Source of the DNA: an uncultured Methylomirabilota bacterium
GTDB taxonomy: Bacteria > Methylomirabilota > Methylomirabilia > Methylomirabilales > 2-02-FULL-66-22
Length of the DNA stretch: 64,000 nucleotides
Direction of reading: 5' to 3'
Assembly: GCA_963845565.1 (NCBI GenBank)
Contig: CAWJSJ010000002.1
Span: 1,856,001-1,920,000, forward strand
This document shows, piece by piece, positions 1 through 9,682 of this stretch (position 1 is the first letter of the stretch; each line of letters opens with the position of its first letter). The notes under the pieces were generated by a model. That model was not told the DNA's origin. It saw only the letters and a list, made by a program, of their open reading frames with translations, and made no database searches. Made by a program: the position numbers and the translations under genes.

Positions 1-714
1 CTCGTCTTCTTCGGCATCGCCGCCGGAATGATCGGCAGCGCCATGACGATGCCGCTCAAGGAGAGCTTCGCCGGCGTCCAGAACGCCTGGTACGTCTCGC
101 CCGCCCTGCTTCCCCTGATGATCGCCGGGGGACTCCTCATCCTGGCGACGACTCTACTATGCAACGCCATCCGCACCGGCGGAGCTAGCGCCGCCTTCGC
201 CTCTCTGGGGCGATGGGCCGAGGCGAGCAGGGACGCCGCTGCGCGGATGCTGGTCTCCATAGCGATGATCACCGGGTACGTCTTCGGCCTGATCCCCCGT
301 GTGGACTACGTCATTGCCACGGCATTGTTTCTCCAGGTCTTCATCGCGGCCTTCTACGTCGGCCGCAAAGAGATCATGCGACTTCAGACCGCGAGCTTCC
401 TGCTCGTCGTCGCGCCGGCCTTCCTGGCAGATCTTTTCGGCGTCTATCCATCGCCTGGAACCGCACCGCGGTATGGCCTCGACCTGATCGTGCTTCTCAT
501 CGGGTTCGGGCTTGGGCTGGTAACCTGGCGGCGACTCGCGCCCGACCCCATCGGCCGGCGGCGGTTCGCGATCACCATCGCCGTCAGCATCGTGGTCGCG
601 CTCCTCACCAGCGTGTCGTTCAAGTTCGGCCTGCTCGTTCCGCTTCCGGCGGAAGGACCCGTGGTTCGCGCGATGGAAACCGTCGCCATCGCCCTCCGCA
701 AACTCGGCGCGTAG
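1..714 (+). CDS. Tripartite tricarboxylate transporter TctB-like membrane protein (5' truncated by window edge)
   Basis: Open frame from base 1; many hydrophobic helices; 'SPALLP' and C-terminal 'FKFGLLVPLP' typical of TctB; directly upstream of TctA. Confidence 0.65.
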   Translation, partial: LVFFGIAAGMIGSAMTMPLKESFAGVQNAWYVSPALLPLMIAGGLLILATTLLCNAIRTGGASAAFASLGRWAEASRDAAARMLVSIAMITGYVFGLIPRVDYVIATALFLQVFIAAFYVGRKEIMRLQTASFLLVVAPAFLADLFGVYPSPGTAPRYGLDLIVLLIGFGLGLVTWRRLAPDPIGRRRFAITIAVSIVVALLTSVSFKFGLLVPLPAEGPVVRAMETVAIALRKLGA

Positions 715-722
715 GAGCTCGC

Positions 723-2255
723 ATGGATCTCGTCGGCCAGTTCAGCCTCTTTTTCGGGACCATCGTTGCGCTGTTGTCAAATCCCTACAACTGGGTCCTG
801 CTCGTCGTCTCGATGGTCCTGGGGATCGTCTTTGGCGCTCTGCCGGGCCTCACGGCGACACTTGGCGTGGCGCTTCTCACCACCCTGACATACGGGCTGC
901 CGCTCAATTCGGCGATGATCTCGCTCCTCGCCATGTACGTGGGTGCCGTGTATGGCGGCTCGTACTCCTCTATTCTGATCAACATTCCCGGGACGGCCGC
1001 CGCCGCCGCCACGGCCCTCGACGGATACCCGATGGCTCTCAAGGGCGAAGGCGGCCGCGCCCTCGGCCTCACCACCACGGCCTCCTTCATCGGCACCATT
1101 CTGGGAACCTTTGCGTTGGCCGCGACGGCCCCGCTGATCGCACAACTGGCACTCCAGTTCACCTCCTTCGAATTCTTCCTTTTGGCTTTCTTCGGGATCG
1201 TCATCAGCGGCTCGCTGACCGCCAAGGATCTCTTCTACAAGTCCTGGATTGCCGGCCTCCTGGGCCTGGCTCTGGCGTGCGTCGGGCGGGACAATCTTCA
1301 GTCCTATCCGAGATTCACCATGGGCTTCTCCCAGCTCGAGGGTGGGATCGAAGTCGTTCCGGTTCTCATCGGCGCCTTCGGGATTCCCCAGATCATCAAG
1401 ACGATGCGCGATCCGCTCCGGGTGGATAAACCGCAGGAAATCAGCAAGATCCTCCCCGACTGGGGAACGATTGCTCGCCAATTCAAGAATGTCGTCCGCT
1501 CCGCGCTGATCGGCATCGGCATCGGCGCGGTTCCGGGTGTGGGGGAGGACGTTGCGGCCTGGGTGTCGTACGGCACGGCCAAGAACACCTCGCGCCATCC
1601 GGAGCGCTTCGGGACCGGCGAGCCGGCCGGCGTCGTCGCCTGCGAGACGGCCAACAACGCCTGCATCGGCGGCGCGCTGATCCCCCTCCTCACGCTCGGC
1701 ATTCCGGGCAGCCCGCCGGCGGCGATGTTGCTCGGGGCACTGTTGATCCATGGCGTCAATCCGGGGCCGAACCTGCCCTTCGAACGGCCCGGGTTCCTCA
1801 TCGAGGTCACCGCCATCATGCTCCTCTGCTCCGCCACCATGTGGGTTTGCGGGATGCTGCTATGCCGGCAAGTCATCAAGGTGCTGCGGGCCCCCTCCGA
1901 GGTGTTTCTTCCTATCGTTGGGGTGCTGTGTGTGATCGGGTCGTACGCCATCGGTCTCAACGTCGTGAACCTCTACCTGATGGTGCTGGTCGGCGTCGCC
2001 GCGTTCTTTTTGATCGAGATGGAGTATCCCATCGCACCCCTCGTCATCGGGGTCATCCTGGGACCGATGGCCGACGAGAACCTGCGCCGGGCGCTCATGG
2101 TGTCTCAGGGAAGCTTTCTGCCTTTCTTCACGCGACCGGTCTCAGTAATCCTGCTCGTGACCATCGTCCTCGTCATGCTCAACCAGGTCCCGGCCTACCG
2201 GCAGTGGCAATCTGGAGTGTTCGATCGCGTGTGGCGGCGACCGACGGCAGCTTAG
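723..2255 (+). CDS. tctA: Tripartite tricarboxylate transporter permease TctA
   Basis: ATG at 723 after AGGAG; motifs GALPGLT, YGGSYSSILINIPGT, ETANNA, LTLGIPGS. Confidence 0.9.
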   Translation: MDLVGQFSLFFGTIVALLSNPYNWVLLVVSMVLGIVFGALPGLTATLGVALLTTLTYGLPLNSAMISLLAMYVGAVYGGSYSSILINIPGTAAAAATALDGYPMALKGEGGRALGLTTTASFIGTILGTFALAATAPLIAQLALQFTSFEFFLLAFFGIVISGSLTAKDLFYKSWIAGLLGLALACVGRDNLQSYPRFTMGFSQLEGGIEVVPVLIGAFGIPQIIKTMRDPLRVDKPQEISKILPDWGTIARQFKNVVRSALIGIGIGAVPGVGEDVAAWVSYGTAKNTSRHPERFGTGEPAGVVACETANNACIGGALIPLLTLGIPGSPPAAMLLGALLIHGVNPGPNLPFERPGFLIEVTAIMLLCSATMWVCGMLLCRQVIKVLRAPSEVFLPIVGVLCVIGSYAIGLNVVNLYLMVLVGVAAFFLIEMEYPIAPLVIGVILGPMADENLRRALMVSQGSFLPFFTRPVSVILLVTIVLVMLNQVPAYRQWQSGVFDRVWRRPTAA

Positions 2256-2277
2256 AGGGGTCGGGGCCGGAGGGATC

Positions 2278-3144
2278 ATGTTCGGAGTCAGCCCAGCCTT
2301 TGTGTTCTCGCTTTACGGAACAGGATTCACCGTCCCGGACTTTTGCGACGCGTTGCCCAGGATCAAGCGGCTCGGCTTCGATGCCTTCCAGCCGGAGATT
2401 TACGTCGCGAACGCGATTTCGGAGTGGCGGCGAGAGGCAGGTCGTCTCCAGCGGACCGCCGCAGATCTTAACCTTGTTCCGACCCAGTTCGTGGCGCACT
2501 TCATGCTGGAATGGTTCGCGAGGCCGGAACGGCTCGGGCCCGACCAGGGTCTCGACGAGTTGAGGCGCGTCGTCGAAGTCGTTCACGCGTTTCCGGCCTG
2601 CCGGGTGATCACGGTTCCCGCCGTCCAGTTCGAGATGGAGTGGGGCTCGGTCGCGCGGACCGGAGTGAGCGCGTGGGTCGACATCCGACAGCGTGTGATG
2701 GAGAAGATCCGGCGGTACCTTGAGGTGGTGTCGGAGGCGGGACTCAAACTCGCCTTCGAGATCGCGCCCTTCTCCGTCATCGGAGGGATTCACCGGTTCC
2801 TCGATCTTTGCGATCAGATCGGCTCACCAGACCTCGGCCTCAACTTCGACACGGGCCATGCCTGGGCTTGCCGAGAGCTGGTTCCTTTGTTGCCGTTTGA
2901 GTTGCAGGGGCGGATCTTTGGTACGCACCTGGGCGACAACCGGAGCACCGAGAACGTCAAGATGCCGCTCGGGCAGGGGACCATTCCCTGGGGGCCGCTG
3001 CTGCGGAACCTGCACGCCGCCGGCTATCGCGGCAGCCTGGACATCGAGATCGGTTGCCCCGCGGGCGAGGTGGAACAACACTACCGCCAGGGACTGGAGC
3101 ACCTCCAGGCATTGGTCAACACCTCGAAAGGAGACCGCGCGTGA
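2278..3144 (+). CDS. Sugar phosphate isomerase/epimerase, TIM-barrel (AP endonuclease 2 family)
   Basis: Metal-ligand motifs LAFE, NFDTGH, THLGD, G.G.IPW, DIE. Confidence 0.8.
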   Translation: MFGVSPAFVFSLYGTGFTVPDFCDALPRIKRLGFDAFQPEIYVANAISEWRREAGRLQRTAADLNLVPTQFVAHFMLEWFARPERLGPDQGLDELRRVVEVVHAFPACRVITVPAVQFEMEWGSVARTGVSAWVDIRQRVMEKIRRYLEVVSEAGLKLAFEIAPFSVIGGIHRFLDLCDQIGSPDLGLNFDTGHAWACRELVPLLPFELQGRIFGTHLGDNRSTENVKMPLGQGTIPWGPLLRNLHAAGYRGSLDIEIGCPAGEVEQHYRQGLEHLQALVNTSKGDRA

Positions 3145-4112
3145 ATACGACCGTCAAGTGCGCCCTCATCACGGCCTTCGTCGGCAAGACGAAGGATCGC
3201 TTTCACGAGTACAACAAGGACAAGACGCTGGCCGAGCGCCTCGATCTGGTCGCGCAGATGGCCGGCATGGGCGGCGTCGAGGTCATCTTTCCGTACGAGG
3301 TGAGCGATCCGGCCACCTTCACGTCGCTGCTGCAGAAGCACAAGCTGGCCGTGGCAGCAATCAACGTCAACGTCAAGGCCGAGCCCGAGTTCCGGGCCGG
3401 CGGCCTGACCTCCACCGACCCCGCCATCCGACAGAAGGCGGTCCAGTTCATCAAGAACGCCAAGGATTTCGCCCAGGCGTCGGGGGCCAACAAGGTCACC
3501 TGCTGTCCGCTGGGCGACGGCTACGAGTTCGCCTTCCAGTGCGACTACGCCCAGATGTGGAAGTACCTGGTGGAGACGTTCGGCGAGGCGGGGAGCTACA
3601 AGCCCGAGATCCCGCTCTTCATCGAATACAAGCCCAGCGAGACGCGCGGGCGCTGCTTCGTGGACACCGCCGCCAAGACGCTCTGCCTCCTGAACGATAT
3701 CGGCATCAAGGGGATGGGCGTGACGGTGGACTTCGGCCACTCGAAGTACGGCCAGGAGAACCCGGCGGAGGTGGTGGCCCTTCTGGCCAACAGCCGGTAT
3801 CCCTATTACATCCACATCAACGACAACAACGGCAAGTGGGACTGGGACTACATGGTGGCCACCCACAACTTCCTGGAGTACGTGGAGTTCCTGTTCTACC
3901 TCCAGGAGTACGGATACGACGACTACCTGACCTCGGACACGTCGCCGACCCGCTGGGACATCATCGGCACCTTCGAGGTCAACACGCGGATGTCGCAGAA
4001 GATCTGGAGCCTGCTCCTGGGCCTGGACCGGAAGGAGTTCACGCGCCTGATCCAGGCCGGCGACTTCCTGAAGACCTGGAAGTTCATCGAGGCGAACATC
4101 CTGAAGCTCTAG
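3141..4112 (+). CDS. Xylose/rhamnose isomerase-like TIM-barrel sugar isomerase
   Basis: GTG start overlapping upstream TGA, RBS AAAGGAG; EYKPSE, DFGH, HINDN..WDWD motifs. Confidence 0.8.
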   Translation: MNTTVKCALITAFVGKTKDRFHEYNKDKTLAERLDLVAQMAGMGGVEVIFPYEVSDPATFTSLLQKHKLAVAAINVNVKAEPEFRAGGLTSTDPAIRQKAVQFIKNAKDFAQASGANKVTCCPLGDGYEFAFQCDYAQMWKYLVETFGEAGSYKPEIPLFIEYKPSETRGRCFVDTAAKTLCLLNDIGIKGMGVTVDFGHSKYGQENPAEVVALLANSRYPYYIHINDNNGKWDWDYMVATHNFLEYVEFLFYLQEYGYDDYLTSDTSPTRWDIIGTFEVNTRMSQKIWSLLLGLDRKEFTRLIQAGDFLKTWKFIEANILKL

Positions 4113-4253
4113 CAGGCTTCTGAAAACGGCCCTTCTGCTTCGTTGGCTTGCTCAGGCGCTCGTTGCGGCGTACCTGGAGTACGCCTGGACCAGCTGCGCT
4201 GGGTACCCCGCCTATCGCGCGCCGCCTTGCATTTGGACCGTTTTGAGCAGCTG
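4113..4253 (+). repeat. Family-1 palindromic (MITE/REP-like) repeat copy 1, with nested mini-hairpin at 4188-4209
   Basis: CAGGCTTCTGAAAACGGCCC...GGCGTAC-loop-GTACGCC...CGCCTTGCATTTGGACCGTTTTGAGCAGCTG; starts right after a TAG stop (CTAG). Confidence 0.85.
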
Positions 4254-4413
4254 ACTTAACGAGGGTCTTTCTGGAGACAGCTAGCGCTGGAGAAAGGTCT
4301 CGAGTGCAGGGACCGGAGACGGTTCATATTGGGGGAATCCTGGGCCGGCCAGTACGACGGCCCCCGGCTCCATTTCCGGTGATGGTCTGGCACGACAAGA
4401 AAGGAACGATCCG

Positions 4414-6390
4414 ATGACTGTCACACTCAAGGACATGGCGAATGCGGTGCGAGTGCTCGCGGTCGACACGCTCGTGCGCGCCAAGGATGGGCACCCGGGG
4501 ACGCCGACCGGCGGGGCGGACATCGCCACCACCCTGTTCACCCGGCATCTGAAGTTCGATCCGCTGGTGCCGCGCTGGCCGGACCGCGATCGGTTCGTGC
4601 AGTCCAACGGCCACGGCTCGATGCTCCTCTACTCGCTCCTGCACCTCGCCGGATACAAGGCGATGTCCATGGAGCAGATCAAGAACTTCCGGGTCCTGGG
4701 TTCGCACACCCCGGGCCATCCCGAATACGAGCCCGATCACGGGATCGAGACCACCACGGGTCCGCTCGGGCAGGGGATCGCCAACGCCGTCGGCATGGCG
4801 GTGGCCGAGCGGATGCTCAACGCGCAGTTCGGCGACGCCATCGTCGATCACTACACCTACGCGCTGGTGGGGGACGGCTGCCTGATGGAGGGCGTGGCGC
4901 ACGAGGTGATCTCGCTCGCCGGGCACCTGAAGCTGGGCAAGCTGATCGTCCTCTACGACGACAACCAGATGACCGACGACGGGGTGATCGGGCAGGCGAT
5001 CTCGGAAGACTATCTGCAGCGCTTCGCCTGCGCCGGCTGGCACGTCCAGGAATGCGACGGGCACGACCACGACGCCATCTCGGCGGCGATCGCGGCGGCG
5101 AAGCGGGATGACCGCCCCTCGATGATTCGATGCCGCACGCTGATAGGATTCGGTGTGCCGCGCATCCAGAACGATCGGGCGGCGCACGGAGGCAAGCTCG
5201 GCGAGGACGACGCGCGCGGGATCCGTGAGCGGCTCGGCTGGACACACCCCCCCTTCGCCATTCCGGACGACATCGTGACCGAATGGCGCACGGCCGGCGT
5301 GCGCGGGGCCGGCGTGCGCGCGGCGTGGCAAGCCCGGGTCGACGCCCTGGCTCCGAAGGCGCGGGCCGAATTCGAGCGCCTGATGGCGGGGCGATTGCCC
5401 GATGGATGGGAGAAGTCTCTGTTGGCCTACAAGAAGGCCCAGGTCGAGGCGCAGCCGGAGCGGTCAAACATCCAAACGTCCGGCGAGATCTCGCGTGTGC
5501 TGTCGCACACGATACCGGAACTGGTCGGCGGCGCGCCGGATCTAGAGGCGGCGACCCAGCACAAGCGCGACATGCAACCGTTCACCGCCGCCAACCCGTC
5601 CGGCCGCTACATTCACTACGGTGTGCGCGAGCACGCCATGGGCGCAATGATGAACGGCATGGTCGCCCACAAGGGCGTCGTGCCCTTCGGCGTCACCTTC
5701 CTCGTCTTCTCGGACTACATGCGGCATGCCATGCGGCTCTCGGCAATGATGTCGCTGCCGGTGATCTGGGTCTTCAGCCACGATTCCATCGGCATCGGGA
5801 CCAACGGCCCGACGCATCAGCCGGTGGAATACCTGCCGTCGCTACGCGCGATTCCGAATCTCTGGGTAATGCGGCCGTGCGATGCGGTCGAGGCCGCCGA
5901 GTGCTGGCAGTTGGCCGTCGCGAATCGGAAGAATCCCTCGGCGATCGTCAATTCACGGCAGCCGGTGAAGACGCTGCGCAAGACGTATTCCGACGAGAAT
6001 CTGTGTGCCAAAGGGGCCTACATCGTGGCCGACGCCACCGGTGGCGCGCGCCGCGCAACGCTCTTCGGCACCGGGTCGGAAGTCGCGGTGGCGCTGGCGG
6101 CGCGCGAGACGCTCCAGGCCGCGGGCGTGCCGACGGCGGTCGTCTCGGTTCCGTGCTGGGAACTGTTCTGGGAACAGGGCGCGGATTATCGCGCGACCGT
6201 CATCGGCCGCGGCACCGCGCGGGTGGCGGTCGAGGCCGCGACGCGACTTGGCTGGGAGCGGTTCGTCGGCGAGGATGGCGGCATCGTGGGCATGACCACG
6301 TTCGGCGCCTCGGGCCCTGTGGCCGACCTGTTCGAGCATTTCGGGATCACCCCCGCCCACGTGGTTGCGGAGGTCAAGGCACGGCTCTGA
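4414..6390 (+). CDS. tkt: Transketolase (full-length, divergent active site)
   Basis: GHPG, RDRFVQSNGHGSM, TTGPLGQG, GDGCLMEG, YGVREHAM, HDSIGIGTNGPTHQP. Confidence 0.9.
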   Translation: MTVTLKDMANAVRVLAVDTLVRAKDGHPGTPTGGADIATTLFTRHLKFDPLVPRWPDRDRFVQSNGHGSMLLYSLLHLAGYKAMSMEQIKNFRVLGSHTPGHPEYEPDHGIETTTGPLGQGIANAVGMAVAERMLNAQFGDAIVDHYTYALVGDGCLMEGVAHEVISLAGHLKLGKLIVLYDDNQMTDDGVIGQAISEDYLQRFACAGWHVQECDGHDHDAISAAIAAAKRDDRPSMIRCRTLIGFGVPRIQNDRAAHGGKLGEDDARGIRERLGWTHPPFAIPDDIVTEWRTAGVRGAGVRAAWQARVDALAPKARAEFERLMAGRLPDGWEKSLLAYKKAQVEAQPERSNIQTSGEISRVLSHTIPELVGGAPDLEAATQHKRDMQPFTAANPSGRYIHYGVREHAMGAMMNGMVAHKGVVPFGVTFLVFSDYMRHAMRLSAMMSLPVIWVFSHDSIGIGTNGPTHQPVEYLPSLRAIPNLWVMRPCDAVEAAECWQLAVANRKNPSAIVNSRQPVKTLRKTYSDENLCAKGAYIVADATGGARRATLFGTGSEVAVALAARETLQAAGVPTAVVSVPCWELFWEQGADYRATVIGRGTARVAVEAATRLGWERFVGEDGGIVGMTTFGASGPVADLFEHFGITPAHVVAEVKARL

Positions 6391-6581
6391 CGACGATCCT
6401 GACACAGGCGCCCGCCCGTCTCTCCTGCGATCGGTCCACACCAGAGGCCCTGGCGCGATCTCCCTAACCCGTATTTTTCGCGAACACAACTCGCGAACAA
6501 TGCGGGCTAGGCGGCCCGGACCGGCGCGATCGAGCTGGGACAGAAGAGGGCCGGAAAAGCAGACGTAGGGTCTCGCAGTCC

Positions 6582-6610
6582 TTGACACGGCGCCCGCGCC
6601 GAGGGACAGT
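6582..6610 (+). promoter_or_regulatory. Putative sigma70 promoter of the split-transketolase/TRAP operon
   Basis: TTGACA-N17-GACAGT in intergenic region. Confidence 0.4.
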
Positions 6611-6727
6611 CCAGCACGTCCACGAGGCCGCGCCTGTCCCCGCACGCGACGGCGCGTCTTGGGACCGCCTGGCTTCGGCGCCGGTCCGTTCTGCAACCTC
6701 AACATACGCCGTGCGGGAGCGGGAATC

Positions 6728-7591
6728 ATGATCATGGGGAACGACGAGCTGGTGAAGGATTTGGAGGCCAAGGCGCGGAAGCTCCGGCTTGACTCCTTGT
6801 TCGTCATGAAGGAGATGGGAATCGGCTGGCTGGGCGGCAGCTTCTCCTCGGCCGACCTGGTCACCGCGCTGCTGTTCTACCGGATGCGGCATGATCCCAA
6901 GAATCCTCTGTGGCCCGAGCGGGACCGGTTGATCATCTCCAAGGGGCACTCCTGCGAAGTCGTCTACGCCGCCCTGGCCGAGGCCGGTTACTTTCCCAGG
7001 GAGGAGCTCAAGACGTACAGCCACCCGGGAGCGCGGCTTCAGACGCACGTCAACACCAAGACGCCGGGGATCGATTACAGCGGCGGCTCCCTGGGGTTGG
7101 GTCTCTCGTTCGCCGTGGGCTCGGCCGCCGGGGCCTACATCCACCCTACCGGGGCCAACCTGGCCGCTCAGACGCGGCGCCACGACCCGCGCTTCCGGGT
7201 CTATTGCGTCGTGGGTGACGGCGAGTGCAACGAAGGACAGGTGTGGGAGGCGGCAGCGAACGCCTCGCACTTCCGGCTGGACAACCTGACCGCGATCATC
7301 GACTCCAACCGATTTCAATCCACCGGGTCGGTGGAGAAGACGCTCAACATGCTCTCCCTGGCCGAGAAGTTCCGTAGCTTCGGCTGGGAGGTGCGGGAGA
7401 TCGACGGCAACAAGATGAGCGACGTGGTGACGACGCTGGAGTGGGCGGCGGGCGTCCGGGGGAAACCCCAGGCCGTCATCGCGCACACAGTGAAGGCCAA
7501 GGGGATGCCCGGCTACGAGAACACGAACTGCCACTTCGTCAAGATCACCGACGAGATGATCCAGACCGGACAAGAGGCTCTGAAGGGTTGA
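6728..7591 (+). CDS. Transketolase N-terminal (ThDP-binding) subunit
   Basis: RDRLIISKGH, GSLGLG, GDGECNEGQVWEAA, IAHTVKAKG. Confidence 0.88.
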   Translation: MIMGNDELVKDLEAKARKLRLDSLFVMKEMGIGWLGGSFSSADLVTALLFYRMRHDPKNPLWPERDRLIISKGHSCEVVYAALAEAGYFPREELKTYSHPGARLQTHVNTKTPGIDYSGGSLGLGLSFAVGSAAGAYIHPTGANLAAQTRRHDPRFRVYCVVGDGECNEGQVWEAAANASHFRLDNLTAIIDSNRFQSTGSVEKTLNMLSLAEKFRSFGWEVREIDGNKMSDVVTTLEWAAGVRGKPQAVIAHTVKAKGMPGYENTNCHFVKITDEMIQTGQEALKG

Positions 7592-7631
7592 CGCCCGCCC
7601 ACGCGTGGGGATCCCGAGGGAGGATTGCATC

Positions 7632-8618
7632 GTGAAGACACCGTATCTGCGGGGGACGCGGGACGTCGTCGAGAACCTGTACGCCGCGCACAATCGGGCG
7701 CTCGTCGCGCTGGCCCGTCGCGACCCGCGCATCGTCTCCACCTATGGGGACTTCGGGCCGGGCGAGGTCGGCGGGGTGTTCGCCAAGGAGTGCCCGGATC
7801 GGATCCTGGACGTGGGAATTGCCGAGGGGCACCTTGTGACCAGCGCGGCGGGGCTGGCGGGCGCGGGGTTGATTCCTTTCGCGCACTGCCACGGCATCTT
7901 CGGCCTGGGGCGCGCCTACAATCAGATCCGGCAAAACGTGGCCTATGACCAGCGGAACGTGAAGATCGTCCTGTGCAACTGTGGCGTGATCTGGGGCATC
8001 CTGGGTCCGTCCCACCAGGTGGTGGAGGATCTCGCCGCCCTGCGGGCGATTCCCAGACTGACCATCCTCTCCCCGGCCGACGCGGTCTCGTGCGAGAAGG
8101 CGACGTACGCCGCGGCCGAGCACGCCGGCCCCGTGATCATGCGGCTTCCATCCACGGGCGACAGCTTTCCGACCCTGTACACGAACGACCTCGAGTACCA
8201 GATCGGGAAAGCCATCTGTGTCCGCGAGGGGCAAGACGCGACCATCCTGGCCACGGGCATCCTGGTGCACGACGCCCTGGTGGTGGCCGAGGAATTGGAG
8301 CAGGCCGGACTCTCGATCCGGGTGCTCGACGTGCACACGATCAAGCCTCTGGACGAGGCGGCCGTCCTGGCCGCGGCGCGGGAGACGGGTGCCCTGGTGA
8401 CGGTGGAGGATGCCACTATCCTCGGCGGCCTGGGTGGGGCCGTGGCGGAGTTGACGGCGGACCAATACCCGGTCTTTGTCCGCCGTGTCGGAGTCAAGGA
8501 CCGCTTCGGTGAGTCCGGCAAGCCTGCCGAAGTCAAGGAAGTGTGCGAACTGACAGCTCCCTTCATCCGCCGGGCGGTGGACGAGGTACTGAAGGCAAAG
8601 GCGCAACGAGCGACGTAG
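7632..8618 (+). CDS. Transketolase C-terminal subunit
   Basis: GTG start after GAGGGAGGA; DVGIAE, RAYNQIR, GPSHQ, HTIKPLD, GGLG, DRFGESG. Confidence 0.88.
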   Translation: MKTPYLRGTRDVVENLYAAHNRALVALARRDPRIVSTYGDFGPGEVGGVFAKECPDRILDVGIAEGHLVTSAAGLAGAGLIPFAHCHGIFGLGRAYNQIRQNVAYDQRNVKIVLCNCGVIWGILGPSHQVVEDLAALRAIPRLTILSPADAVSCEKATYAAAEHAGPVIMRLPSTGDSFPTLYTNDLEYQIGKAICVREGQDATILATGILVHDALVVAEELEQAGLSIRVLDVHTIKPLDEAAVLAAARETGALVTVEDATILGGLGGAVAELTADQYPVFVRRVGVKDRFGESGKPAEVKEVCELTAPFIRRAVDEVLKAKAQRAT

Positions 8619-8689
8619 CACATGCGCGCCATCTGCGTCCGAATCGCGTTCCGCTTGTGAGCCGTGACCTTTATGGAGACTGACGCGCC

Positions 8690-9451
8690 ATGTTTGAACT
8701 GACACGTCGCACCGCCATTGTGACCGGAGCCGGATCCAGGCATGGCATCGGAAGGGCCACGGCCGTCGCCCTGGCCGGGCAAGGGGCCGACGTTGCTGTC
8801 TGCGACCTCAACCAAGCCGGGGTGGATGAGACGGTCGCGGAGATTCGGACGCTGGGCCGTCGCGCCCTGAGTTTCGTGGTCGACGTCACCAAGCCTGAGC
8901 AAGTTCAGGTGATGGTGGACGCCGTGGAGAAGGCGTGGGGGCGCATCGACATCTTGGCGAATATCGCCGGGATCACCCAGCCGATCAAAGTGGCCAACAT
9001 GGCTCCGGAGGACTGGGACCGAATCGCGAGCGTCAACATGAAGGGGACATTCCTCTTCTCCAAGGCCGTGGCCGCCGTGATGGCCAAGCACAAGTACGGT
9101 CGTATCGTCAACATGAGCTCCGTCTCGGCCAAGCGCGGGGGCGGGGTCTTTGGCGGCGCGCATTACTCGGCCGCGAAGGCAGGGATCCTCGGCTTTGCCA
9201 AGGCGCTGGCGCGGGAGGTGGCGGCTGACGGCATCACCGTGAACTCGGTGGCGCCCGGCCTCGTACTGACCGACATCCGCGGCGGGATCGAGAGCGAAGA
9301 AGGGCAGGCCCGTTTGGCGGCGGACATCCCGGTCAAGCGGCTCTGCCGTCCGGATGAGATCGCCGCCGTGGTCTGCTTTCTGGCGTCGGAGGAAGCCGGC
9401 TACATCACCGGCGAAGAAATCGATATCAACGGCGGCTCCCACATGGACTAG
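8690..9451 (+). CDS. Short-chain dehydrogenase/reductase
   Basis: TGAGSRHGIG, YSAAK, NSVAPG, ITGEEIDINGG. Confidence 0.9.
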   Translation: MFELTRRTAIVTGAGSRHGIGRATAVALAGQGADVAVCDLNQAGVDETVAEIRTLGRRALSFVVDVTKPEQVQVMVDAVEKAWGRIDILANIAGITQPIKVANMAPEDWDRIASVNMKGTFLFSKAVAAVMAKHKYGRIVNMSSVSAKRGGGVFGGAHYSAAKAGILGFAKALAREVAADGITVNSVAPGLVLTDIRGGIESEEGQARLAADIPVKRLCRPDEIAAVVCFLASEEAGYITGEEIDINGGSHMD

Positions 9452-9452
9452 A

Positions 9453-9578
9453 CAGACCGCTGAAAACGGCCCATCTGCGGCGTTGGCTCGCTCCCGCGAC
9501 GCTGCGGCGTACGTGCCAAGTACGCCTCGCGCCTCGGATCGTTCGCCGCCTTGCATCTGGCCCGTTTTGAGCGGCCTG
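9453..9578 (+). repeat. Family-1 palindromic repeat copy 2
   Basis: CAGACCGCTGAAAACGGCCCATCTGC...GCATCTGGCCCGTTTTGAGCGGCCTG; follows a CTAG stop. Confidence 0.85.
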
Positions 9579-9682
9579 AAGAACGGACTTTTTCTGGAAA
9601 CTGCTGGTCGCTCCGCCGGGAACTGAGCCATCTGGCCAACTGCAGAGGGCAGTCGGCCGACCCCAAGGATATGGAGGGATCG

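Noticed and set aside
9551..9682. N-terminal ORF extensions running through repeats (also 27751, 56214, 57181, 24853)
   Set aside because: They translate the repeat or intergenic DNA; RBS-supported downstream starts match the family N-termini
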